Of a stretch of 64,000 nucleotides of DNA, positions 12,950-25,034 are shown piece after piece. The notes under the pieces are model-generated. The model saw only the letters and a program-made list of their open reading frames with translations. It did not search any database and was not told where the DNA came from. This DNA comes from Macrostomum hystrix (lineage: Eukaryota; Animalia; Platyhelminthes): contig CATNEN010000041.1 of NCBI GenBank assembly GCA_950097015.1, positions 3,224,001 to 3,288,000 of the forward strand. The letters are read 5' to 3'. The position numbers and the translations under genes were made by a program. Position 1 is the stretch's first letter. The number at the start of each line of letters is the position of its first letter.

Positions 12950-14445
12950 AGACTGATGAGATTTTTCACAAGAACGGAGGAATTGATGAGATTATTCACA
13001 AGAACGGAGGAATTGGTGAGATTATTCACAAGAACGGAGGAATTGATGAGATTATTGACAAGAACGGAGGAATTGATGAGATTATTCACAAGAACGGAGG
13101 AATTAATGAGATTATTCACAAGAACGGAGGAATTAATGAGATTATTCACAAGAACGGAGGAATTGATGAGATTATTCACAAGAACGGAGCATTTTAATGA
13201 GTTTCTTCACAAGAACGGAGGAATTGATGAGATTATTCACAAGAACGGAGGAATTGATGAGATTATTGACAAGAACGGAGGAATTGATGAGATTATTCAC
13301 AAGAACGGAGGAATTAATGAGATTATTCACAAGAACGGAGGAATTAATGAGATTATTCACAAAAACGGAGGAATTGGTGAGATTATTCACAAGAACGGAG
13401 GAATTGAAGAGATTATTCACAAGAACGGAGGAATTGGTGAGATTATTCACAAGAACGGAGGAATTGATGAGATTATTTACAAGAACGGAGGAATTGGTGA
13501 GATTATTCACAAGAACGGAGGAATTGGTGAGATTATTCACAAAAACGGAGGAATTGATGAGATTCTTTACAAGAACGGAGGAATTGGTGAGATTATTCAC
13601 AAGAACGGAGGAATTGAAGAGATTATTCACAAGAACGGAGGAATTGAAGAGATTATTCACAAGAACGGAGGAATTGAAGAGATTATTCACAAGAACGGAG
13701 GAATTGAAGAGATTATTCACAAGAACGGAGCATTTTAATGAGTTTCTTCACAAGAACGGAGGAATTGATGAGATTATTCACAAGAACGGAGGAATTAATG
13801 AGATTATTCACAAGAACGGAGGAATTGAAGAGATTCTTCACAAGAACGGAGGAATTGATGAGATTCTTCACAAGAACGGAGGAATTGATGAGATTCTTCA
13901 CAAGAACGGAGGAATTGATGAGATTCTTCACAAGAACGGAGGAATTGATGAGATTATTCACAAGAACGGAGGAATTGATGAGATTATTTACAAGAACGGA
14001 GGAATTGGTGAGATTATTCACAAGAACGGAGGAATTGGTGAGATTATTCACAAAAACGGAGGAATTGATGAGATTCTTTACAAGAACGGAGGAATTGGTG
14101 AGATTATTCACAAGAACGGAGGAATTGAAGAGATTATTCACAAGAACGGAGGAATTGAAGAGATTATTCACAAGAACGGAGGAATTGAAGAGATTATTCA
14201 CAAGAACGGAGGAATTGAAGAGATTATTCACAAGAACGGAGCATTTTAATGAGTTTCTTCACAAGAACGGAGGAATTGATGAGATTATTCACAAGAACGG
14301 AGGAATTAATGAGATTATTCACAAGAACGGAGGAATTGAAGAGATTCTTCACAAGAACGGAGGAATTAATGAGATTCTTCACAAGAACGGAGCAATTGAT
14401 GAGATTATTCACAAGAACGGAGGAATTGATGAGATTATTCACAAT
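12950..14445. repeat. 30-bp minisatellite with higher-order structure, ~50 copies
   Basis: Unit acaagaacggaggaattgatgagattattc; a 31-bp variant unit recurs near 13190, 13731 and 14242; explains the FTRTEELMRL and HKNGGIDEII ORFs. Confidence 0.95.
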
Positions 14446-15599
14446 AATTGGGTAAATACATTCCCAGTAATGGGGGATTCGAATCGATTCAAAAGAAAGA
14501 GGCTTTGAATTGGTTCATAAGAACGGGGATTGGAATTGATTTATATGAATAGGGATTCTAATTCACGAGCATTGGGGTTTAAAAGGATTCACAAGTAATA
14601 TGTCCAGTTAGCATATATGCCAGTGCGAGAAAGACTTTAAATAAGTTAAATGAATAAGTGAAATGACTACAATGGATGAAATATGTTCAGTTCCATGAGA
14701 ATTCGAGCAGATTGGCTGGCTGGGCCATTGCGGACCCCTCCACAATGCGTCACCACCACAGACGCGGTCTCGGTCTGTTCTTGCGTTCGCGGGGGGCCCC
14801 AATCGATTTCATTGTGTGCCTTTGTTTGATCGCTTTGTTTGAAAAAGTCGCGGGTTCAGCTCTAAAGTTCTCCCATTTCTTGGCCCCAGGCGGGCTCACT
14901 GCATGTACACTGACTGCGTGACACAACTAAAGCAGAGAGGGAGGGACAGCTTTGAATGACTGGTTTGAACTGGTCCCTCCTCATAATATTCGGTTACGTA
15001 ATCAGAACCCTGGCCGTGGGCCTGAAGAGCCTCCATCGGCTCGATCTCACGTGACTGCCAACCGCTCGTGGAGAGCGAGAAAAGCGCGCCTTGACAGGCC
15101 CAGCCCAGCGTTCACTGAGAGTGGGGTGCTTGTTACGCAACAGCCAGCCATAGACCCTTCTATCTCCTGCGCGCTGGACCGTCCACCCAATAGGTGGGTT
15201 GGCACAGTCATCACTGCCTGACCCACTCATACGAGCGTACAGCGCTCTCGCCTTGAAGCCGTGGGGGCGCCCTCCCCTCAAACCCTCCCCTCAAACCTCC
15301 CCAATCCCTCCATATTTTGGGCTCCATAAAACAGGCGAGCACCGGCGGCCGTCTTCTGCTGCTCCCTGTCCCCGCCCTGGCTGCCATGCTTGGGTTCGAC
15401 CCGGCTCTCAGGTAAGACTCCGCTGTCTCCCTTGCCATCTCAGGCGCTTCAAATGTCCACGTGAGAAATGCTATCTGGATCAGTGCTAAATGCTGATTCC
15501 AATTCACGTGCCCAGTTGAAGCTCTCCGCCTTGGCAAGACTTTGCATCAGATTTTTCTCTTGGCTGCAGTTGCCAGGCCCCAACTGCGAGGCCCGCTCT

Positions 15600-15910
15600 G
15601 GGGGCCGGTGGCAGAGCGGTCAACGCATTTGCCTCTCGCACCACGGTCCCTAAGTTCGATTCCGCGGCGAGGCCACATTTATTTGGGGCGCAGCCGCGAA
15701 GAAAAGGCTTGGGGGCTTGTCGAGCAATTTACGGCCTTGGAGGGCCAACCTCCAAGGTACAGTGATATTAGGCAAGGTACACTGCCTGGCGTTAAGACAG
15801 TCAGGGCAGATATACACCTGTGTGCCTTGTGTATGATATCTGAATGCGTACGTATGTACTCAGGAGTCAGCGAAATGAGCAGAATTGCTTCCTCACTGGC
15901 TGTGGGTCTG
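15600..15910 (+). mobile_element. tRNA-derived SINE, copy 1
   Basis: Pol III A box TGGCAGAGCGG (15609) and B box GTTCGATTC (15654). The body is collinear with 19262-19553 (shared blocks aggcttggggg, aacctccaagg, agtcagggcagat, ctcaggagtcagcgaaatg). Confidence 0.75.
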
Positions 15911-16109
15911 CTCACAAGTTACCATTTAATTAATTGACATCGATTATTATGGTTATTATGGATATTACTCTAATTAATATTATGCAAAATGTCAATAAAT
16001 TCTAGATATTTTACACACATTCAGTAGAAATGTAGATTATCTCAAAATTTTATCTTTCAGAATGAAAAAAGCCCAGTAGTTTCAGCAAGAAATTTTTTCC
16101 GTACATCAG

Positions 16110-17178
16110 TGCTAACTCTGGGCGTGCGTGCATGAGCTGACCATCACGAATCTGTCAGTGCTAACGCTGGGCGTGCATGAGCTGACCATCACGAATCTGT
16201 CAGTGCTAACGCTGGGCGTGCTTGAGCTGTCCATCACGAATCTGTCAGTGCTAACGCTGGGCGTGCTTGAGCTGACCATCACGAATCTGTCAGTGCTAAC
16301 GCTGGGCGTGCATGAGCTGACCATCACGAATCTGTCAGTGCTAACGCTGGGCGTGCTTGAGCTGACCATCACGAATCTGTCAGTGCTAACGCTGGGCGTG
16401 CTTGAGCTGACCATCACGAATCTGTCAGTGCTAACGCTGGGCGTGCATGAGCTGACCATCACGAATCTGTCAGTGCTAACGCTGGGCGTGCATGAGCTGA
16501 CCATCACGAATCTGTCAGTGCTAACGCTGGGCGTGCATGAGCTGACCATCACGAATCTGTCAGTGCTAACGCTGGGCGTGCATGAGCTGACCATCACGAA
16601 TCTGTCAGTGCTAACGCTGGGCGTGCATGAGCTGACCATCACGAATCTGTCAGTGCTAACGCTGGGCGTGCATGAGCTGACCATCACGAATCTGTCAGTG
16701 CTAACGCTGGGTGTGCATGAGCTGACCATCACGAATCTGTCAGTGCTAACGCTGGGCGTGCTTGAGCTGACCATCACGAATCTGTCAGTGCTAACGCTGG
16801 GCGTGCATGAGCTGACCATCACGAATCTGTCAGTGCTAACGCTGGGCGTGCATGAGCTGACCATCACGAATCTGTCAGTGCTAACGCTGGGCGTGCATGA
16901 GCTGACCATCACGAATCTGTCAGTGCTAACGCTGGGCGTGCATGAGCTGACCATCACGAATCTGTCAGTGCTAACGCTGGGCGTGCATGAGCTGACCATC
17001 ACGAATCTGTCAGTGCTAACGCTGGGCGTGCATGAGCTGACCATCACGAATCTGTCAGTGCTAACGCTGGGCGTGCATGAGCTGACCATCACGAATCTGT
17101 CAGTGCTAACGCTGGGCGTGCATGAGCTGACCATCACGAATCTGTCAGTGCTAACGCTGGGCGTGCATGAGCTGACCA
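16110..17178. repeat. 45-bp minisatellite, ~23 copies
   Basis: Unit tctgtcagtgctaacgctgggcgtgcatgagctgaccatcacgaa. Confidence 0.95.
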
Positions 17179-17214
17179 TGAACAGTTTCGAAGGATTTCC
17201 GAAGGGATTGCATG

Positions 17215-17485
17215 ATGGGAGTGCATGACTGGGGATTCTGATGGGAGCGCATGACTGGGGATTCTGATGGGAGTGCATGACTGGGGATTCTGATGGGAGC
17301 GCATGACTGGGGATTCTGATGGGAGCGCATGACTGGGGATTCTGATGGGAGTGCATGACTGGGGATTCTGATGGGAGTGCATGACTGGGGATTCTGATGG
17401 GAGTGCATGACTGGGGATTCTGATGGGAGTGCATGACTGGGGATTCTGATGGGAGCGCATGACTGGGGATTCTGATGGGAGAGCA
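17215..17485. repeat. 26-bp minisatellite, ~10 copies
   Basis: Unit gtgcatgactggggattctgatggga. Confidence 0.95.
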
Positions 17486-17609
17486 TAAATAGGACTCTTA
17501 TCGGAATATCTGACTGGAGATTATTCAGGAGAATTCTGATAAGGGAATCTGATTGGGACAGTCTTTGCATTAGCGAGCAACTGGCAAGAGCAGATTTCCC
17601 AGAAAACTG

Positions 17610-18140
17610 ACAGCGCGTAGGCTTATATTTGCGGCATTCACATTGAATACTGAGTGACCCTCTCAGCACATAGGCTTATATTTGCGGCATTCACATTGAA
17701 TACTGAGTGACCCTCTCAGCACATAGGCTTATATTTGCGGCATTCACATTGAATACTGAGTGACCCTCTCAGCACATAGGCTTATATTTGCGGCATTCAC
17801 ATTGAATACTGAGTGACCCTCTCAGCACATAGGCTTATATTTGCGGCATTCACATTGAATACTGAGTGACCCTCTCAGCACATAGGCTTATATTTGCGGC
17901 ATTCACATTGAATACTGAGTGACCCTCTCAGCGCGTAGGCTTATATTTGCGGCATTCACATTGAATACTGAGTGACCCTCTCAGCGCATAGGCTTATATT
18001 TGCGGCATTCACATTGAATACTGAGTGACCCTCTCAGCGCGTAGGCTTATATTTGCGGCATTCACATTGAATACTGAGTGACCCTCTCAGCACATAGGCT
18101 TATATTTGCGGCATTCACATTGAATACTGAGTGACCCTCT
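17610..18140. repeat. 53-bp minisatellite, ~10 copies
   Basis: Unit cagcacataggcttatatttgcggcattcacattgaatactgagtgaccctct. Confidence 0.95.
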
Positions 18141-18829
18141 CGGCTGTTCAGCAAAGCAGAATTTAGAACCCGAAGCAGACCCCTTATCACATCAGCATAA
18201 GTCGCAGCAGCAGGGATCGGGATGTCATAAAGTACAAATTGTTGCCTTTGCAATCCCAAACAATATACTGCTTGAGCTTGTGATGTCTCCACATGGGCCA
18301 CTGTCCCTGCATCTGTAGTGCTCAAATTGGGTTTTGAGTAGGACTTTTTGCCTAGAAAAAGACGGATTAAAGGCTGAGAGCAGCAGAAGACAATCTCCCT
18401 GCATGCGCTCCATTCTCATAGACAAAGGCGAGCGACATCTGCCTCTCTGGGAAAGGAAGAAGTGTTCCAGACTGCGCGAGGGCAGAGATGAAGCCGATAT
18501 TGTTCCAGCATCCCTACGGCGAAATCGCCAGTTTCTGTCTTAACTCTCCCCCTGCTTCCTCTATTCTCCCGATGCATTTCTTTATCCCATCAGGGCTGAG
18601 CGTACAGCTGCTACTCATCCCCTGCGGGCTCGCGACTTTTCCGCTGCCCCAGCCTCTGCTGTTGCCAAGGCTGCCGATCGGACACGGCTTGCCAGTGGCT
18701 GGGACGGGAGCTGGGGTGGCTGCCGCTTCTCGGGCTGAAGAGACGGGCGGGCAGCGAGGGCGAGCCGGCTGGCAAGCAGTTCATTCCTTTTGCAGCCAGC
18801 GGCAGGCTCTGGTAACAGCTTTGATACAT

Positions 18830-19045
18830 TACCGGCTGTCAGTCCTGAGTTCTTGTCTGAGCTCCACCACCACCGGCTGTCAGTCCTGAGTTCTGGTCTG
18901 AGCTCCACCACCACCGGCTGTCAGTCCTGAGTTCTGGTCTGAGCTCCACCACCACCTGCTGTCAGTCCTGAGTTCTGGTCTGAGCTCCACAACCACCGGC
19001 TGTCAGTCCTGAGTTCTGGTCTGAGCTCCACCACCACCGGCTGCA
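18830..19045. repeat. 41-bp minisatellite, ~5 copies
   Basis: Unit ccggctgtcagtcctgagttctggtctgagctccaccacca. Confidence 0.9.
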
Positions 19046-19261
19046 ATGGATCCGGTCAGCTTTGCCTCCTCCAGCAAGCTGCTTGAGCTGCGTTGGGCTC
19101 GCGAGGGACATCGGAGACATCGGCAGAAGGTGTGGCTCGGCTTGCTCAGCTGCGTGTTGTCGAGTGGAGGGCTGTGGAGAGCGGGAGAGCGGGAGAGCGG
19201 GAGAGCGGGAAGAGAAGGAAACGGAGAAAAGAAGGCTCAGCGGAAACGCGCTTATGGTGGG

Positions 19262-19553
19262 GTTGAGTGGCAGTGCGGTTAACGCGATTGCCTCTCGCAC
19301 CAAGGTCCCTGATCTCGATTCCGCGGCGAGGTCACATATATTTGGGACGCAGCCGCGGAGAGAAGGCTTGGGGGTTTGTCGCGCAATTTACGTCAACCTC
19401 CAAGGCACTGGTGCCACTGCCTGACAATCAGATAGTCAGGGCAGATGTACGCTCATACGCACCTGTGCAGGGTATACAAACGGTATCTGTGTGCGTGTGT
19501 GCTCAGGAGTCAGCGAAATGTGCCGAATTTCCTCCTCGCTGGATGCGGGTCTA
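19262..19553 (+). mobile_element. tRNA-derived SINE, copy 2 (same family as 15600)
   Basis: A box TGGCAGTGCGG (19268), degenerate B box (atctcgattcc), body collinear with copy 1. Confidence 0.7.
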
Positions 19554-19602
19554 GTATCAACTAAATGATGTGCCATTTCCCGTAGCCCTCCGGCAATTAT
19601 TA

Positions 19603-22600
19603 ATGACTATTAATGCGTTTGCTGAGCAGGCGAAGAAGCTCTCAGAAGTAGTTGGCATTGTTGGGACCAGGATGGTCGCAAACTCGGCCGTTTTCTTGTG
19701 CAGCCAAAATCACCAACAGCCTCACCCTCCCGATTCCAGGTGAGCTGCATCAAGTCCTCGCAGGCCCCGCAGTCGGAGCCGCCGCCGAAGTCCTTCCCGC
19801 ACCTGACCGTCCGACTGAAGAAGATGCAGCAGGAAGAGGAGAGGAACGCGGAGATCGACCGGCAGAACCGGCTGCTCGTGGAGAGGTTGAGCGGCATCAT
19901 CAGCAAGCCATCGCAGCGGCTGGACAACTGGAATCCGTACGAGTCCCAGCAGCTACAGATGTGAGTGTGAGAGCTTTGAGAACTGTGAGCAGCTGAGTAA
20001 GGGTCCCAGCAGCTACAGATGTGAGTGTGAGAACTTTGAGAACTGTGAGCAGCTGAGCAGAGTTTCTCTCCCAAACTCGTCGCCGTGGACACTGAGCCTT
20101 TGGAAATACTGTTCGTATGCGCTTTGGCTGGGACCGATAGTTGCTGGTTCATATGGACAATGGTAAGAATAGCATGCATGCATGCCCAGCTGACGGAAAT
20201 TCTGCCTGACATTTCAGCGTGCAGAAGAACTCAGAGCGGCGACGGCGTCAGCGAGCGCTGATGCAGGACAACCAGATCATGTCCAGCCGTCTGCTGGGCA
20301 TCAGGTCCAGCTATGACCACAACGAGTGGGTCAGTGAAACTTTCAGAGATGCCTTACTACTTCTTGCACGTATCACTGGGGTTTGATTTAGGAATTTTGC
20401 TTTCCGCTCAGGAGAAAAACTACAGGCGGCATCAGCATATTAAGGAAATGCTGGACAGCACGACCAAGGACTACAGCTACAGCACTGGCGCCAGGAGGGC
20501 CGGTGGCACGGTTAGAATTCACATTGTTGATGTACGATTGATTACACTGACTCTGCTAGGCCCGTGACACTCACTCCCCATGGACTCTGCTAGGCCCGTG
20601 ACACTCACTCCCCATGGACTCTGCTAGGCCCGTGACACTCACTCCCCATCGACACTGCTTAGAGTCAGCCAGTAACATTCACTCCCCCTAGACACCCTGT
20701 TAAACGTCAGCCAGTGACACTCACTCCCCATCGACACTGCTTAGAGTCAGCCAGTGACACTCACTCCCCATGGACACTGCTAGGCCCGTGACACTCACTC
20801 CCCATTGACACTGCTTAGCGTCAGCCAGTGACACTCACTCCCCATCGACACTGCTTAGCGTCAGCCAGTGACACTCACTCCCCATCGACACTGCTTAGCG
20901 TCAGCCAGTGACACTCACTCCCCATCGATACTGCTTAGCGTCAGCCAGTGACACTCACTCCCCATCGACACTGCTTAGCGTCAGCCAGTGACACCATAAC
21001 TTACACCCGAATTCGCTGAAATTCAGGGCTCAGACTTGGACTCGGATCGGGTGGAGCACAGGGGTCGCAGGGTTCCGTCGCCGATGCCGTCATCGATGAG
21101 CTCAGTATCAGATGTAAGAAATGAAACGCATTTATACCATGAAAATTAAAACGGAAGCAAGGTGTGCAATTGAAACTTTCAAATCATTTGAACATTCAGC
21201 CTACTGAAACTCACTCAAAGCAGTGGAGGGCGAATACCAAGCCGGTGAGCACTCTTTCTTTTTAAGCATTGTTAAGACTCAAACGCAGGGTAATGAATGA
21301 GCATTGCATATTGCATTCCTGAGCAGGGCAAGCCGCGCCAGGGACTGCAGAATCTGTACGACAACGAGGCCCGGATGCTGATGAAGGTGTGCAACAAGAT
21401 TGGTGAGTCTGAGCTGGATGCTGATGAAGGTGTGCAACAAGATGGGTGAGTCTGAGCTGGATGCTGATGAAGGTGTGCAACAAGATGGGTGAGTCTGAGC
21501 TGGATGCTGATGAAGGTGTGCAACAAGATGGGTGAGTCTGAGCTGGATGCTGATGAAGGTGTGCAACAAGATGGGTGAGTCTGAGCTGGATGCTGATGAA
21601 GGTGTGCAACAAGATGGGTGAGTCTGAGCTGGATGCTGATGAAGGTGTGCAACAAGATGGTGAGTCTGAGCTGGATGCTGATGAAGGTGTGCAACAAGAT
21701 GGTGAGTCTAAACCAAGGACCACCATCTGAGCTGGTGTCACTCAACACTTGACACCAGTCAAGTCAAGTGGTGCCCTATTGCGAATATAAAAAAAGATTA
21801 ATATTAATAGAAAAAATCCCTAAAACACGGCACCCTGCAGTCCAGCCCAACGAGATACTTATCAAATGCCTGGTAAAGAAGCCGCCGAGGCAGCGACAGG
21901 CCATCCGGGTCCGATTCAGGGAGCTGTACGACCTGGTGAGTGCGCGGAGCCTTTGATAAGGTGTGCTCAGAGCTCAGAGCTCATTGACCTGGTGGGTTCG
22001 CGAAGCCTTTGATATGGTGTGCTCAGAGCTCAGAGAGACCTAGTCACAATGGCGTTACCCAGTAGCAGACATCAGTTTAGTGTCAGATGAAGCATTAAGC
22101 TGTTAGTTAATCTGTACCAAAGACATTGTGCCCACTTCTAAGATGCAGGCAAGGGCACCGCAGTCAGCTAACGCATGCTTTATTCGCCACCCTTGGCCAG
22201 GATCTGGAGAGCCAGCTGAAACAGTCCCTGGCCAAGGAGTACCGCGGCGTTGTCGAGGGCCTGCTGCACAACCCTTACCTGAAAGTCGTGACGGAGCTGC
22301 ACACCAATGTGAAGGCAAGCTGCAAACTGATGATGAGCTCATTGTATTGAACTGATTGCACAACAAGCGGAAGCCGCAAATTCCTGTTCATTGCAGGACA
22401 TCGACCCATTCGCTCTGCTGACTCGGTGCACGCAGTATGACAAAGCCTGCTTGAAAAACCTGCTGGACGTCTACAAAAAGCGTAAGAGGGGAACTCATGA
22501 GAGCATCATTGCCCTTGTCGATTTATACTACTCAGCTTTATGAGTAGTATGGTGTACAGCTAAACTTGATTGGAAGAATTTCACTCACATTCACTCACAT

Positions 22601-24225
22601 TCACTCACATTCACTCACATTCACTCACATTCTCTCACATTCACTCACATTCACTCACATTCACTCACATTCTCTCACATTTACTCACATTCACTCACAT
22701 TCACTCACATTCACTCACATTCACTCACATTCACTCACATTCACTCACATTCACTCACATTCACTCACATTCGCTCACATTCACTCACATTCTCTCACAT
22801 TCGCTCACATTCACTCACATTCACTCACATTCACTCACATTCACTCACATTCAATCACATTCACTCACATTCACTCACATTCACTCACATTCACTCACAT
22901 TCACTCACATTCACTCACATTCACTCACATTCACTCACATTCACTCACATTCAAATTCATTAAACTCAATCGATCCCATTGCAGACTACAGCTCCACACT
23001 GGACTCGGACGTGTCCGACTTTTTCGGCGACCCAGACACTCGCGAGCTGACCTCAGCCGCTCTGGCTGGCCTGCTGAGCCGCCGTCCCGTGACCTCAGCC
23101 GACCTCGATGACCTCAGCCAGGAGGCCGAACGGCCGTTCCAGCCAGAGGGGCGGCTTCTGCAGGGCTTGCGGACGCACGGCCCAGCGTACCTGGTCGAAC
23201 TCGAAGCTGCGGGCCTGGCACCGCGGGCACTCGATGGGGTCGAAGTAGGTGGAGGAGCTGGCGCAGTCTACCGGCACCTGCTGGAACTGACAAACAAGCG
23301 ACCGCAGGTGGAGGCTATCACCAACGGGCTAGAGGCGCTGATGACAGGCGACCTGCGCGAGCTCATTCACCTGCTCCAGCTACTCGGCGAGGTGAGGTGC
23401 TGGGCAGGGGTCACTGGCAGGAGGGTTGGAATTGGGGCTTCTGCCAGTTGGTGAGATGCTGGGCAGGGGTCACTGGTAGGAGGGTTGGAATTGGGGCTTC
23501 TGCCAGTTGGTGAGGTGCTGGGCAGGGGTCACTGGTAGGAGGGTTGGAATTGGGGCTTCTGCCAGTTGGTGAGATGCTGGGCAGGGGTCACTGGTAGGAG
23601 GGTTGGAATTGGGGCTTCTGCCAGTTGGTGAGGTGCTGGGCAGGGGTCACTGGTAGGAGGGTTGGAATTGGGGCTTCAGCCAGTTGGTGAGGTGCTGGGC
23701 AGGGGTCACTGGTAGGAGGGTTGGAATTGGGGCTTCTGCCAGTTGGTGAGATGCTGGGCAGGGGTCACTGGTAGGAGGGTTGGAATTGGGGCTTCTGCCA
23801 GTTGGTGAGGTGCTGGGCAGGGGTCACTGGTAGGAGGGTTGGAATTGGGGCTTCAGCCAGTTGGTGAGGTGCTGGGCAGGGGTCACTGGTAGGAGGGTTG
23901 GAAGTGGGGCTTCAGCCAGTTGGTGAGGTGCTGGGCAGGGGTCACTGGTAGGAGGGTTGGAAGTGGGGCTTCAGCCAGTTGGTGAGGTGCTGGGCAGGGG
24001 TCACTGGTAGGAGGGTTGAAGCAATGTTACATAAAAAGCATATGCTTCTTCTACAACTGCTACTGCCGCCACCTGCAGTCCCCATCCGTGCTGTCGGAGG
24101 TGAGCTACCAGGTGGAGAAGTCCCGTTCCGTAAGCCTCCGTGAGCTACTCTCGGCCCGCTGCCCAGGAGACACCGGGCCAGTCGTGAGCGCGCTGCTCCC
24201 CGCGAACTCACGCAGGGCCTCCTGA
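19603..24225 (+). CDS. CFAP97/KIAA1430 (Hemingway)-like domain fused to a degenerate annexin core
   Basis: Phase-consistent exons: 19603-19647 (uncertain), 19704-19960, 20218-20329, 20412-20510, 21027-21113, 21200-21244, 21327-21402, 21841-21935, 22201-22314, 22397-22481, 22985-23391, 24079-24225. The N-part is FPHLTVRLKKMQQEEERNAEIDRQNRLLVERLSGII...RRRQRALMQDNQIMSSRL...YDHNEW (CFAP97-type). The C-part has annexin-like repeats (EARMLMKVC...RQRQAIRVRFRELYDLDLESQLKQSLAKEYRGVVEGLL; LLDVYKKHYSSTLDSDVSD; SVSLRELLSARCPGDTGPVVSALL). Confidence 0.75.
19943..20055. repeat. 60-bp two-copy duplication of an exon end plus donor
   Basis: gtcccagcagctacagat|gtgagtgtgaga at 19943 and 20003. Confidence 0.9.
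20545..20995. repeat. 34/40-bp intronic minisatellite
   Basis: Units ctctgctaggcccgtgacactcactccccatgga and gtcagccagtgacactcactccccatcgacactgcttagc. Confidence 0.9.
21374..21708. repeat. 43-bp minisatellite spanning an exon end and 5' splice site, ~8 copies
   Basis: Unit gatgctgatgaaggtgtgcaacaagatgg|gtgagtctgagctg; first copy overlaps exon 21327-21402. Confidence 0.95.
22580..22952. repeat. 10-bp repeat (ttcactcaca)n, intronic
   Basis: Direct reading. Confidence 0.95.
23391..24016. repeat. 59-bp minisatellite beginning at a 5' splice site, ~10.5 copies
   Basis: Unit gtgaggtgctgggcaggggtcactggtaggagggttggaattggggcttctgccagttg; starts at the donor at 23392. Confidence 0.95.
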
Positions 24226-24310
24226 TGGAGCTGAGCCTCTGGAAGCGATGAACAAAAATGCGTTGGGATAATTTTATCAAAAACTTGCGACCTGTTTCCT
24301 TCTTTTTCCT

Positions 24311-24632
24311 TCTTAGTCCTACGCCTTTGTCTGTCTGTGTCCTACTGACTCCCACATATGGCTGTCCCCGCTTAGTCCTACGCCTTTGTCTGTCTGTGTC
24401 CTACTGACTCCCACATATGGCTGTCCCCGCTTAGTCCTACGCCTTTGTCTGTCTGTGTCCTACTGACTCCCACATATGGCTGTCCCCGCTTAGTTCTACG
24501 CCTTTGTCTGTCTGTGTCCTACTGACTCCCACATATGGCTGTCCCCGCTTAGTTCTACGCCTTTGTCTGTCTGTGTCCTACTGACTCCCACATATGGCTG
24601 TCCCCGCTTAGTTCTACGCCTTTGTCTGTCTG
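24311..24632. repeat. 59-bp minisatellite, ~5.5 copies
   Basis: Unit cttagtcctacgcctttgtctgtctgtgtcctactgactcccacatatggctgtccccg. Confidence 0.9.
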
Positions 24633-25034
24633 CTTTCGTCCACCTATTCAGAAAGTCTTTGAATATCTTTGCGGTGCGACAACAGAAATTTAGGAGGAAA
24701 ATTTCTAAATTAAATTAGATTTTTCCTCCGCTATACTCGACAAAGATGCACTTGACAAGCTGTGCATTTAGCTCTGCTGCGCAATGCAGTGATGCTATCC
24801 ACAAAAGTCCCAATTGTAAGGCCGAGGCTGCAGCCATAGCAGTTGGTAACAAGGGAAATGTTTGCTAAAGCTCTGGCTGCCAGGTGCGGCTTGTAGGTTA
24901 ATGCGGTTTCCAGTTGCTGTGTCAGTGGCCTGTCACCTGGCCTGAGAGAATGGAATCAAGAATACTTTTTGCTTTTTTAATAATTGGCATGAGATCTGGC
25001 TTCATATTTGGCATTCTGTTGTGGGAAACTGTTC

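Noticed and set aside
19740-19763. GTGAGC...GCAG 24-nt in-frame intron-like segment
   Set aside because: Shorter than the smallest supported intron here (46 nt), and the frame is open through it, so it was treated as exon
21374-21708. Hammerhead ribozyme in repeats containing CTGATGA
   Set aside because: No downstream stem II plus GAAA core; other CTGATGA hits (12955, 52545) also lack it
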